Below, one piece after another: positions 49,772 through 59,086 of a stretch of 64,000 bases of DNA. The stretch's first letter is position 1. Every line of letters starts with the position of its first letter. The stretch comes from Thermodesulfobium acidiphilum. GTDB lineage: Bacteria > Thermodesulfobiota > Thermodesulfobiia > Thermodesulfobiales > Thermodesulfobiaceae. Position numbers and translations under genes: made by a program. The notes under the pieces are model-generated. The model was not told where the DNA came from. It was given only the letters and a program-made list of their open reading frames with translations, and searched no databases. The stretch covers positions 1,538,916 to 1,602,915 of the forward strand of contig NZ_CP020921.1 of the NCBI RefSeq assembly GCF_003057965.1, given 5' to 3'.

Positions 49772-50462
49772 AATTGTCCCTCCTGATACTTCTTAAATCA
49801 TTTAGTGCCTTTTTTGCTGCCTCTGATTGCGCTTGCTTTTTGGAGCTGCCAGTAGCAGTATAAAAGAACCTGTTGTCTATAGATAGCTGAACTTCAAAAA
49901 TTGGAGAATGCGAGGGGCCTCTTACATCTACAACCTTATATTCCGGAAGAACCCCAAATAAACTTTGGGTCAACTCCTGTAAAACAGTCTTAGAATCTTC
50001 TTCGTATTCTTCAATCTTTATACTCATTAGCCTATCAATTATTTTATAACAATGTTTGAGGCTTGAATCCATATAAACTGCTCCTAATATAGCTTCAAAA
50101 GAAGCAGACAAAATAGAATCCTTAATTGTTCGTTCGCTAGAACCAATCAACAAGTAACTTTGAAGGTTTAATTTCTTTGCAATCTTTGTTAAATGCCTGT
50201 CAGAGACAAGATAAGCCCTTAATTTTGACATATCGCCTTCGCTCATTTCTGGATACAACACAAAAAGTTTATGGGTAACTACAAGCTTTAAGACAGCATC
50301 TCCCAAAAATTCAAGCCTTTCAAAATCTTTTGCCCCAGGATGGTTGTAAGAATAAGAAGAGTGTGTAAGAGCGGTCATCAGCCATTTCTTGTTTGTGAAT
50401 ATATATCCTAAATCTTCTTCTAATTTTGAAAGATTTATTCTCGTTCTCACCTTTTTTAACAT
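49764..50462 (-). CDS. rnc: Ribonuclease III
   Basis: ALTHSS, ERLEFLGDAVL, C-terminal dsRBD. Confidence 0.96.
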   Translation of the reverse strand: MLKKVRTRINLSKLEEDLGYIFTNKKWLMTALTHSSYSYNHPGAKDFERLEFLGDAVLKLVVTHKLFVLYPEMSEGDMSKLRAYLVSDRHLTKIAKKLNLQSYLLIGSSERTIKDSILSASFEAILGAVYMDSSLKHCYKIIDRLMSIKIEEYEEDSKTVLQELTQSLFGVLPEYKVVDVRGPSHSPIFEVQLSIDNRFFYTATGSSKKQAQSEAAKKALNDLRSIRRDNFD

Positions 50463-50476
50463 CCTCTACTTTTTAA

Positions 50477-51535
50477 TTAGTCTCGTCTTAATAAAAAATT
50501 AAAGATTTTAAAGTTATATCTAAAATAACTTATATCATATTCTCTAAGTAGCCTCATATAATCTACTATAAAATTCACGTTTATTTCCAATATTGATTTC
50601 TTCATCAATTTTAATACATTATAATATTCATTTATTGCATCTTCAATGCTTACTAATTTGAAATTTACTAGCTGATATGGCTTTAATTGGGCTACTTTAA
50701 TTAGATCAGCTTTAATTACGGTAGCAATCTTAGGATAGCCTCCAACAGTGCCTCTGTCCTGCAAAAGAATTATTGGCTTTCCATCAGTTGTAATCTGAAC
50801 AGCCCCAAGGGGACTGGGATCTGATAAAATATTAAACCCACTAACTGGTTTAATTTTTTTATCAGCACAAGATAGTCTGATCCCGATTCTATTACTGCTT
50901 GAAAGTACTATATAAGAATTATTAAAAAATTTATCTACATCATCTTTTGAAAATTTATCATATTGTGATCCTTTCACAACCCTTAAACAAACAATTTCTT
51001 TGTTTTCAATGTTCAATAATGGCAAAAGAATCTTATTTTTTGGTTGAGTGTCATTTTTAACCTTAAATACGTCGCCTTTTAAAAGTCTTCTGCCAAATAT
51101 ACCGCCTAAATTAGATGTTTCAAGAGTTGATGTGCTAGAAAGTATAGGAACAACGTCTATCCCGCCGCAAAAAGCACACCAACATCTAAAGCCTCTGTTA
51201 GAACCATTAAATACAATCCTATCTTTATCCAAAAGTTTAACAGATATCCCTATCGGTATTGCAAAAGACTTATTTCCTCTTATCAAAGTTGCATTCAAAT
51301 CTGCTCCTGAAATGGCAATATAAGTATTTTTATGAACCAAAAATTCAAATCCCCCCTGGGTAATTTCCAACAAGGGAGCATAAGGGTCGTTATCTAACAA
51401 CAAGTTTGCAAGTACAGCTGTAAAGGGATCTACAGGTCCGCTCTCTGGTACTCCAAAAGATTTGTAACCTAACCTAGGATTACCCTGAATAATTGTATGA
51501 AATTTTGACTCTATAACCTCAATTTCAGCAATCAA
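50477..51535 (-). CDS. pxpC: 5-oxoprolinase subunit C (KipA-like)
   Basis: FGVP.SG..D, AN.LL.N, SNRIG.RL, GAVQ...G.PI.L..DR.T.GGYPKI. Confidence 0.9.
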   Translation of the reverse strand: MIAEIEVIESKFHTIIQGNPRLGYKSFGVPESGPVDPFTAVLANLLLDNDPYAPLLEITQGGFEFLVHKNTYIAISGADLNATLIRGNKSFAIPIGISVKLLDKDRIVFNGSNRGFRCWCAFCGGIDVVPILSSTSTLETSNLGGIFGRRLLKGDVFKVKNDTQPKNKILLPLLNIENKEIVCLRVVKGSQYDKFSKDDVDKFFNNSYIVLSSSNRIGIRLSCADKKIKPVSGFNILSDPSPLGAVQITTDGKPIILLQDRGTVGGYPKIATVIKADLIKVAQLKPYQLVNFKLVSIEDAINEYYNVLKLMKKSILEINVNFIVDYMRLLREYDISYFRYNFKIFNFLLRRD

Positions 51536-52184
51536 CTCTGATAAACCTTACATAATCTGACGGTTTTAAGAAAAAGGGGTCCTCTCTTTCGGGAGAAAAT
51601 ATTACCTGCTCAGTCCTGCCAATAATTCTCCATCCGCCAGGAGATCTTGAAGGGTATATTCCAGTTTGATTTCCCGCAATTCCCACAGAACCTGCCTCTA
51701 CAACTAATCTGGGAGTTGATAACCTTGGAGTTGCAATTCGATCAGACAAGATCCCCATATAGGCAAAGCCAGGTGTAAAACCTAACATAAATACCATATA
51801 GATCTTCGAAGTAAATTCTTCTATTACCTCTTCTTCAGAAATATTATGAAAGTCTGCCACATATTTAAGATCCGGTCCATATTGACCCCCAAATTTTACG
51901 AAAATTTCACGAATATTTAACTCCTTATCGCTCGGAGAAAAATTTAACATTGTAAAATCATAAATTGCTTTCACTTCTGACAGGAATTTATTAAAATTGT
52001 GTTTTAAGGGATCAAAATCAATTAATAAACTCGAATAAGAAACAGTTATGTCTATAATATCTAATTTCTTAAATGCCAAAGAAAGAGCACTTATTTTTTT
52101 AGATATTTCATAATCAATTTTGTCTCCGATCTCAATCAATAATGAGCCCTCTGAAACGAGGGAAAACTTTGCGTCTACACCCAC
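51525..52184 (-). CDS. pxpB: 5-oxoprolinase subunit B (KipI-like)
   Basis: YGPDL, LGFTPGFAY, GSVGIAG.QTGIYP..SPGGW.IIGRT. Confidence 0.93.
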   Translation of the reverse strand: MGVDAKFSLVSEGSLLIEIGDKIDYEISKKISALSLAFKKLDIIDITVSYSSLLIDFDPLKHNFNKFLSEVKAIYDFTMLNFSPSDKELNIREIFVKFGGQYGPDLKYVADFHNISEEEVIEEFTSKIYMVFMLGFTPGFAYMGILSDRIATPRLSTPRLVVEAGSVGIAGNQTGIYPSRSPGGWRIIGRTEQVIFSPEREDPFFLKPSDYVRFIRVDC

Positions 52185-52936
52185 TCTCTTGCACTCTTAA
52201 TTAAGATGTTATTATCTGAAAATACCTTTAATAACTTTTTCACAAAATTTTCTGCCCCTGGAGTATCCGAATGAACACAAAATGTTTGAAAATCAACAGT
52301 AATTGTCTTGTTATCAATTGTTTTTAAGGATTTATTCAGGATCATATCTACAGCTCTTCTTACAACAAAATCTTCGTCTTTTAAGATAGCTCCTGGAATA
52401 TTTCTGGCAACCAGAGTACCATCAGAATTATAGGCTCTATCCAAAAAACCTTCTCTTACAACTTTTAAACCAAGCTCTAGAGCAACTTCTTCAGATTTTG
52501 AACTCGGGGGTAAAAAAACGAGTAAATCTTTTGAAAAATCTCTTACAGCCGATAAAAAGGCATGCGCTTCATTTTTGTCTTTAGCTATTTTATTGTAAAG
52601 AGAACCATGTGGTTTTACGTGCTGTATATCCAACTTTTTTGCACGTAAAAAGGAATAAAGAGAACCAATTTGGTATAATGTATACGCATACAACTCGTCC
52701 TTTGACATATGAAATTCTCTTCTTCCAAAACCAATTAAATCGGGATATCCAGGATGAGCTCCAATTGCAACGTTATTCTTTTCTGCTATTTCGACCGTCT
52801 TTAATATCACCATCGGATCTCCTGCATGCATTCCACAAGCAATATTTACCGAGCTAACAAATTTTATTATTTCAGTACTGCCATATTTATAAACTCCAAA
52901 ACTCTCGCCAACATCGCTATTTAGATCTACCAACAT
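52175..52936 (-). CDS. pxpA: 5-oxoprolinase subunit A (LamB/YcsF)
   Basis: DLNSD.GESFG, NIACG.HAGDP, GAHPGYPD..GFGRR, HVKPHG.LYN; ATG 52936 taken as start. Confidence 0.95.
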   Translation of the reverse strand: MLVDLNSDVGESFGVYKYGSTEIIKFVSSVNIACGMHAGDPMVILKTVEIAEKNNVAIGAHPGYPDLIGFGRREFHMSKDELYAYTLYQIGSLYSFLRAKKLDIQHVKPHGSLYNKIAKDKNEAHAFLSAVRDFSKDLLVFLPPSSKSEEVALELGLKVVREGFLDRAYNSDGTLVARNIPGAILKDEDFVVRRAVDMILNKSLKTIDNKTITVDFQTFCVHSDTPGAENFVKKLLKVFSDNNILIKSAREWV

Positions 52937-54209
52937 TTTTAGATTCAATCCTTTCCATACCAATATATGGAATCAGCACATCTGGTACAATCAGACTGCC
53001 ATCTTTATCTTGATAATATTCATAAATCGCTGCAAGCGTCCTCCCAATTGCAAGGCCTGAACCATTTAAGGTGTGGACATATCTAGCTTTTCCATTTTTA
53101 GGTTTATAGCGTATATTCGCCCTTCTAGCTTGAAAATCAGTAAAGTTGCTACATGAAGATATTTCTCTATAATTCTTAGAATATGCCATATATACTTCAA
53201 TATCGTAGGTTTTAGCGGAACCAAAACCCAAATCTCCGCTACAAAGTTCGATAACTCTGTATGGTAGTTTCAGCCCTCTCAAAACTTTTTGTGCTTGCTC
53301 GGTTATAAAGTTTAGCTCACTCATAGATTCTTCTGGTCTACAAAAGACAACCAACTCTACTTTATCGAATTGATGCTGTCTAATTATCCCCCTGACGTCT
53401 TTCCCGTATGAACCCGCTTCTCTTCTAAAACACGCCGAATATGCACAAAACCTTATCGGTAAAGAATCATCAAGTAAAATCTCATCCCTAAAATAGTTAG
53501 TTACAGGCACTTCTGCAGTAGGGATAAGAAAATATGGATCGTCTGCGCATTTAAAAAGCTCATCCCTAAATTTTGGCATCTGCCCTGTTCCATACATTGA
53601 AGCTTCATTAACAAGATAGGGAGGCCACAATTCAATAAAGCCATCAGATTTGTGTATATCCATCATAAAGTTTAGCAAAGCTCTTATAAATCTTGCTCCC
53701 AAACCTACATGAAATGAAAATCTAGAACCAGTAACCTTTCCTGCCCTTTCAATATCAAGTAAACCCAGTGCTTTGCCCAAATCCCAGTGTGGCATAACCT
53801 CAAAGTCAAATTCTTTAGGTTTGTCAAAATAATTAACTACGACGTTTTGTGTCTCATCAGTACCAAACGGCACGTCAGGCGAGAGTATATTTGGCAACTG
53901 ATACCACATGGTTTTAAATTGAGATTCCAAACCTCTCTCGTTTTCTGCAAGCCTAGAAATTTCATCTCCGATACTTCTTGATTTTTCAACAAGCTCAGTT
54001 ACATCTTCTTTATTTTTTTTTAGAATCGAGATCTCTTTAGATAATTTATTTTGAGCTTCTCTTAGATTAGATATTTCATTTCTCAAACTTTTTAATTTTA
54101 GGTCAAGTTCTCTTAAATCATCAAGACTAAAATTTAATTTTATGCCCCTTTTTACTAAAGAATCTTTTAAAGTTTCAAAGTCTTCTCTTAAAAACTTAAT
54201 ATCAAGCAT
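52917..54209 (-). CDS. serS: Seryl-tRNA synthetase
   Basis: LIPTAEVP, FRREAG, RQHQFDKVE, EISSCSN, TLNGSGLA.GR. Confidence 0.98.
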   Translation of the reverse strand: MLDIKFLREDFETLKDSLVKRGIKLNFSLDDLRELDLKLKSLRNEISNLREAQNKLSKEISILKKNKEDVTELVEKSRSIGDEISRLAENERGLESQFKTMWYQLPNILSPDVPFGTDETQNVVVNYFDKPKEFDFEVMPHWDLGKALGLLDIERAGKVTGSRFSFHVGLGARFIRALLNFMMDIHKSDGFIELWPPYLVNEASMYGTGQMPKFRDELFKCADDPYFLIPTAEVPVTNYFRDEILLDDSLPIRFCAYSACFRREAGSYGKDVRGIIRQHQFDKVELVVFCRPEESMSELNFITEQAQKVLRGLKLPYRVIELCSGDLGFGSAKTYDIEVYMAYSKNYREISSCSNFTDFQARRANIRYKPKNGKARYVHTLNGSGLAIGRTLAAIYEYYQDKDGSLIVPDVLIPYIGMERIESKNVGRSK

Positions 54210-54211
54210 TT

Positions 54212-55051
54212 CTAGCTCCTTGAGTAATTTTTTTCCTGAAAGGCAGGATAACTGCCAAAAATTTTTATAAAGGATGTCTTGTCTACAAGAGCTGCAAGAG
54301 CTTCCTTTACGTGTATATCTTCTCTATGTCCTATCATATCTATAAAAAAGATATAATCTCCAAGAACTCTCTTGCTAGGTCTTGATTCAATTTTTGTAAG
54401 ATTAATCTTCCTGAAGGCAAATTCAGAAAGTATTGAAAATAGAGCCCCAGGTCTATCTCTATATGTAGAACAAGCTATACTAGTTTTATCAAAACCAGTC
54501 CTTGGACGATTTGTTCTCCCCAGTAAAAAAAATCTGGTGAAGTTATATTCTTCATCTGAAACGCTACTTAAAATAATTTCAAGTTTATATAATTCAGCAT
54601 TCTTTGGTGATCCTATTGCGGCGGACTTTGGATCCAAAGACGCCAATTTTGCAGCTTCAGCTGTCGACGAACAACTGATTACCTTAGCATATGGCAATAA
54701 TCTAGCTATCATATTCTTGCATTGAGATAAAGGTTGGGGATGTGAAAGAATTTTTTCAATAGAACTAAGCCTAACATCAGGAAGAGCCATCAAGGAATTC
54801 TGAATTTGTAGTACTGTTTCTTCTTGAATTACAAAATCATGCTTAAGCATTAGTTCAAGAACTATGCCAACTGGTCCCTCAATTGAGTTTTCAACCGGTA
54901 CAATTGCATAATCGATATTCCTATTTTGAAGCATATCAAAAATAGTACTGAAATCGGAAATTTCAACCGCTTCAAAATCAACCAAAGAATTTAGTTTAAA
55001 CAATGCTTCGCCTGAATACGAACCCTTTGGACCAAGATATCCAACTTTCAT
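54212..55051 (-). CDS. pheA: Prephenate dehydratase (with ACT domain)
   Basis: LGPKGSYS, PVENSIEG, SHPQ, NFTRF, INLTKIESRP. Confidence 0.96.
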   Translation of the reverse strand: MKVGYLGPKGSYSGEALFKLNSLVDFEAVEISDFSTIFDMLQNRNIDYAIVPVENSIEGPVGIVLELMLKHDFVIQEETVLQIQNSLMALPDVRLSSIEKILSHPQPLSQCKNMIARLLPYAKVISCSSTAEAAKLASLDPKSAAIGSPKNAELYKLEIILSSVSDEEYNFTRFFLLGRTNRPRTGFDKTSIACSTYRDRPGALFSILSEFAFRKINLTKIESRPSKRVLGDYIFFIDMIGHREDIHVKEALAALVDKTSFIKIFGSYPAFQEKNYSRS

Positions 55052-55324
55052 AGTTTATTAAATCCGCACAAACTTAACAAAAAGAATCTCCCCTTAACTA
55101 ATTGTCATATTGATTTATTTTAACACAACATTAAACAAAGCAAACCAAAGATTACATTAATTAAAGCTATATTTTACATTAAAGCCTGCACTTTTAAATA
55201 AATATTAACCGCTACAATGTGATAAGTTTGGTAGTTCTTATTTTTAATTATGTTGATGTTAAATATAAATTGCTACAATATACTAAATGAATAATGAAAT
55301 TAAATTCGTCGGAGTTGATAAAAA

Positions 55325-56518
55325 TTGTCTACTAACCTTTCTGATTTTATTCCAGCCCCTTTAAAGCAGCTTAACTTCAGTTTATATTTTTGGGGACAAG
55401 GAATATCACTAGTTGGAAGTTGGATCCAAAGCGCTGCACTTTCTTGGCTCGTTTATAAAATAACTTCATCCACATCAGCTCTTGGTCTTTTAACCTTTTC
55501 TGCTCAAGTCCCAATGGCAATATTTACACTTTTTGGGGGTGATATAGCCGATACTTTTCAAAAGAAGAAAATATTATATATCACACAAACAGCTTTCACA
55601 TTTGTTGCCCTTTTAATGTTCTTAGCTACCATAGAACATGCAAATTTTTGGTTTTTCATCATGCTTACAAGTATATCCGGCTTTATAGCTGCTTTTGACA
55701 TGCCAACAAGACAGGCTTTCGTGGTAGAGCTAGTTGATAAGAAAGAAGATTTACCACAAGCTATAGCACTCAATTCTGGGATGTTTAATGCAGCAAGAAT
55801 AATAGGACCAACTATAGCTGGATTTTTAGTAGCCCTTTTTGGAGAAGCAATTTGCTTTTTGATAAATGCTATCTCATTTCTTGCAGTACTTACATCACTT
55901 TTTTTTATAAAAACAAAAAAAGGTGAAAACTTAACTAAAAAAGTAGGAGCCAATTTCAAAGAAGCGTACAATTTTACAATTAATAGTAAGGAAATACTTA
56001 TGGCAATAGCAATACTTTCGATGGGAGGTTTTCTTGGAATATCTTATATGGTGCTTTTGCCTGCTATTGCAAAAATAATCTTAAACACCAACGTTCAAGG
56101 TTATGGACTATTAATGGGATCTTCTGGACTGGGATCTTTAGTTGCAGCACTTTTTTTAGGAACGAGAAAAAATACTTCCAATCTTATAAATATTGTAAAG
56201 CGTTCTTCACTTCTCTTATCTGCTAGCCTTATAGGCATAGCTATATTCCAAAATTTTGTTTGTAGCATGATATTCCTCTTTTTATCCGGATTTGGCTTGA
56301 TATCCTTAGCAGTCACAACAAATACTTTAATTCAGATAAAGACACCCAATAACATTCGTGGAAAAATGATGAGTATATATTCACTTTCATTTATAGGTTT
56401 ATCTCCCTTTGGTGCACTTGTTATTGGTTTTCTTTCAAATTCTATCGGCATAGAACCCACTTTGATACTTTGTGGATTTACTCTTCTTTTAGCTGATATC
56501 TTCATTTTTAAACTTTAA
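55325..56518 (+). CDS. MFS transporter (DUF894/H+ antiporter-like)
   Basis: GQ.ISL.G.W.Q..A..WLVY, D.P.RQA, A.ALNS..FN.ARIIGP. Confidence 0.9.
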   Translation: MSTNLSDFIPAPLKQLNFSLYFWGQGISLVGSWIQSAALSWLVYKITSSTSALGLLTFSAQVPMAIFTLFGGDIADTFQKKKILYITQTAFTFVALLMFLATIEHANFWFFIMLTSISGFIAAFDMPTRQAFVVELVDKKEDLPQAIALNSGMFNAARIIGPTIAGFLVALFGEAICFLINAISFLAVLTSLFFIKTKKGENLTKKVGANFKEAYNFTINSKEILMAIAILSMGGFLGISYMVLLPAIAKIILNTNVQGYGLLMGSSGLGSLVAALFLGTRKNTSNLINIVKRSSLLLSASLIGIAIFQNFVCSMIFLFLSGFGLISLAVTTNTLIQIKTPNNIRGKMMSIYSLSFIGLSPFGALVIGFLSNSIGIEPTLILCGFTLLLADIFIFKL

Positions 56519-56557
56519 AAAATAATTTTTAGACTATAGCATCCTTTTTATTTTTTA

Positions 56558-56595
56558 GTCTCATTTTTGACACTTTATGATATAATATGTAGTAT
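56558..56595 (+). promoter_or_regulatory. Sigma70-type promoter of the orp cluster with an overlapping inverted repeat
   Basis: TTGACA (56567-72), N17, TAGTAT (56590-95); GTCTCA-N4-TGACAC (56558-73) overlaps the -35. Confidence 0.55.
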
Positions 56596-56634
56596 AAGTA
56601 TTGATACTAAAATCATAAGAAAGGAAAGGAAAGA

Positions 56635-57219
56635 TTGAAAGTAGCATTATCTGTACACAACGAAATTATTGCTCCCGTTTTCGATTCATCAAACAATATA
56701 GAAATTATCGAAATCGATAACAGCAAAATTAACAGTAGAAAGGTATATAAAATTGATTTAGCAGATATTTTTAGTTTCTTCCTGAGAAATAGTGTTGATT
56801 TAATTATCTGTGGAGCAATTAGCAAACAACTTGAATTTCAACTATCAGCACTATCCAAAGTTATCCCATTCATATGTGGAAGCAAAGAAGAAATTATTTC
56901 AGCACTTTTGAAAAACAAAAACTTTAGCGACTTTTTAATGCCAGGATGTAAAAGAAACAGGTTTAGAGGCGATTTTTTAAAAAATTATATTTCAAAAGGA
57001 GTGACCAAAATGCCAAGAGGCGATGGAACAGGACCATTAGGACAGGGACCATTAGGTGCTGGACAGGGCAGAGGAAGAGGCCGCATGGGAGGACAGGGTT
57101 TTGGACCTGGAGGAGAATGTGTGTGCCCTAACTGTGGAACAAGAATTCCACACAGACCAGGAGTACCATGTGTACAGGAAAAGTGCCCAAAATGTGGAAC
57201 AATGATGATTAGAGGTTAA
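56635..57219 (+). CDS. NifX-like domain fused in frame to a Gly-rich/Cys-rich (MPRGDGTGP...CxCPxC...C...CPxC) module
   Basis: IAPVFD, LIICGAIS, FLMPGC, then internal SD AAGGAG and ATG 57010. Confidence 0.85.
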   Translation: MKVALSVHNEIIAPVFDSSNNIEIIEIDNSKINSRKVYKIDLADIFSFFLRNSVDLIICGAISKQLEFQLSALSKVIPFICGSKEEIISALLKNKNFSDFLMPGCKRNRFRGDFLKNYISKGVTKMPRGDGTGPLGQGPLGAGQGRGRGRMGGQGFGPGGECVCPNCGTRIPHRPGVPCVQEKCPKCGTMMIRG

Positions 57220-57525
57220 AAAATCTGTGAATATCTTAGAAAGCAAAAAACTATGAGAGGCATAAGAAGAGGAAATCCTCGTCACATTGGATGGCACAGA
57301 TACCCTTATGGCAATACTTTTATAAGTGATAGATCTTCCATAGTACTTTTGATATTTTTCATAGGGCTCATTATTTCTCTAGTGATGGGCAAGATTGAAC
57401 TGGTAGTTGGTTGGACTATAGTTTTCTTATTCTTGTGGTTTTTGAGATTTTTTAGATTATAACCTTGAAAGGAGGTGACAGTAATGCCAAGAGGCGATGG
57501 AACAGGACCATTAGGACAGGGACCA
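57009..57525 (+). repeat. 43-bp exact direct repeat (57009-57051 and 57483-57525)
   Basis: AATGCCAAGAGGCGATGGAACAGGACCATTAGGACAGGGACCA occurs twice. Confidence 0.95.
57253..57462 (+). CDS. Small 2-TM membrane protein
   Basis: Basic N-terminus and two hydrophobic stretches; fills the gap inside the operon. Confidence 0.55.
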   Translation: MRGIRRGNPRHIGWHRYPYGNTFISDRSSIVLLIFFIGLIISLVMGKIELVVGWTIVFLFLWFLRFFRL

Positions 57526-57789
57526 ATGACCGGCAGAGGTCTTGGATATTGTTCTGGCAATACTCTACCAGGATTTGCTGCAGCAGGATATAGGATTGGA
57601 AGAGGATTTTTTGGACGTGGTAGAAGATTCTTTTGCAGAGGATTAGGTTGGGTAGGCTTACCAATATACAGTGCATACAATAACCCACAAGCAGAAAAGA
57701 GCTTTTTACAAAATCAACTAAATGCACTTGAAAAAGCTGTAGAAGTTATAAAGGATAGACTAAATTCCATAGAAAAAGAAAAAGAATAA
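57484..57789 (+). CDS. DUF5320 family protein
   Basis: MPRGDGTGPLGQGPMTGRGLGYC, RG-rich middle, C-terminal coiled coil; SD GGAGGTG. Confidence 0.9.
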   Translation: MPRGDGTGPLGQGPMTGRGLGYCSGNTLPGFAAAGYRIGRGFFGRGRRFFCRGLGWVGLPIYSAYNNPQAEKSFLQNQLNALEKAVEVIKDRLNSIEKEKE

Positions 57790-57796
57790 AAATAAG

Positions 57797-57826
57797 TAGG
57801 AGAGGACGATTGTCCTCTCCTATCTT
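57797..57826 (+). terminator. Intra-cluster hairpin/terminator
   Basis: TAGGAGAGGAC-GATT-GTCCTCTCCTA followed by TCTTT. Confidence 0.75.
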
Positions 57827-57872
57827 TAGTTAGATACACATTAATTATTTAATTTACTATTAGGAGGTAGAT

Positions 57873-58235
57873 ATGAAAGTTGCTTTTACATCACAAGGAA
57901 ATAGTTTAGATTCACAATTTGATGAAAGATTTGGAAGAGCAATGTACTTTATAATTTATGATACAGATACCAATGAAACTAAGGTGTTAGAAAATATGGC
58001 AGGGGTAGAATCTGCTCATGGGGCAGGGATTAGTGCCGCTAAAAAGTTAGTCGATGCTAAAGTTGATGCCCTGGTTACGGGTAATTGTGGGCCAAATGCC
58101 TTTTATGTTTTATCTGAAAACAACATCAAAATCTACCTATCAAATGCAAAAACTGTAAAAGAAGCTATAGAAGAATTTAAAAATAAAAAACTTGAAATAG
58201 CAAGTTCACCCACAAAGGGTGGACATTGGAGATGA
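57873..58235 (+). CDS. Orange protein-like NifB/NifX family protein
   Basis: DERFGRA.YF, AHGAGI.AA, TGNCGPNA. Confidence 0.9.
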   Translation: MKVAFTSQGNSLDSQFDERFGRAMYFIIYDTDTNETKVLENMAGVESAHGAGISAAKKLVDAKVDALVTGNCGPNAFYVLSENNIKIYLSNAKTVKEAIEEFKNKKLEIASSPTKGGHWR

Positions 58236-59086
58236 CAATAGCTATTGCATCAGGAAAAGGTGGCACAGGCAAAACTACAATTGCAACCAACCTTGCAATT
58301 GTAGCATCTGAAAAATATGATAGTGTAACTTTATTGGATTGCGATGTAGAAGAACCAAATTCCCATATATTTATAAACGGAAAAAAAATTAAGGAAGAGG
58401 TTGTAAACGTAAGAATTCCTGAGGTTGATGAAAGTCTTTGTACTGAATGCGGAGCATGTAGCAATTTTTGTCAATATAATGCTATAGTATCCCTCAAGGG
58501 CAAACCAGTTGTTTTCAAAGAAATGTGTCACTCTTGTGGCGGATGTACTCTTGTGTGTCAGCCAAAAGCTATACACGAAGTCGATCATAGAATAGGATTG
58601 ATCAATTTTTATAAATCAGGAAAAATAAATCTCATCGAAGGCCTTTTAGACATTGGAAGCCCATTAAGCCCCCCTTTAATTGGAGCGGTAAAAGGATATG
58701 AAAGTAAAGATACGTTAAATATTATCGATGCCCCTCCAGGAACGTCTTGTCCTGTAATAGAAGCAATAAGGGATGCAGATTATCTCATTCTTGTAACAGA
58801 ACCAACTCCCTTTGGCCTAAACGATTTAATTTTAGCAGTTGAAGTATCTCGAAAGTTGAATAAGAAGTTTTCTGTTGCAATAAATAGAGTTGGCTCAGGC
58901 GATGACAGGGTGCATAAATATTGCAAAAAAGAAAACATCCCAATAATACTAGAAATCCCAGACGACAGGAGAATAGCAGAATTATATTCGAACGGCAAAA
59001 TTATCTTAGAAAATTTGCCAGAATACAAAAAGTGTTTTGAAGAAGTTTTAGAAAAGATTGGTACGGTGATTCAAAATGGACAATAA
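58232..59086 (+). CDS. MinD/ParA-type P-loop ATPase with 2x[4Fe-4S] (Orp ATPase)
   Basis: ASGKGGTGKTT, DCDVEEPN, CTECGAC, CHSCGGC, DAPPGTSCP, TEPTPFG. Confidence 0.93.
   Translation: MTIAIASGKGGTGKTTIATNLAIVASEKYDSVTLLDCDVEEPNSHIFINGKKIKEEVVNVRIPEVDESLCTECGACSNFCQYNAIVSLKGKPVVFKEMCHSCGGCTLVCQPKAIHEVDHRIGLINFYKSGKINLIEGLLDIGSPLSPPLIGAVKGYESKDTLNIIDAPPGTSCPVIEAIRDADYLILVTEPTPFGLNDLILAVEVSRKLNKKFSVAINRVGSGDDRVHKYCKKENIPIILEIPDDRRIAELYSNGKIILENLPEYKKCFEEVLEKIGTVIQNGQ

Noticed and set aside
55052-55324. T-box or Phe attenuator upstream of pheA-serS
   Set aside because: No T-box consensus, no terminator/antiterminator, and only one Phe codon in the leader ORF
57009-57525. The 43-bp repeat as CRISPR repeats or att sites
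   Set aside because: Only two copies, both protein-coding, and no cas or integrase nearby
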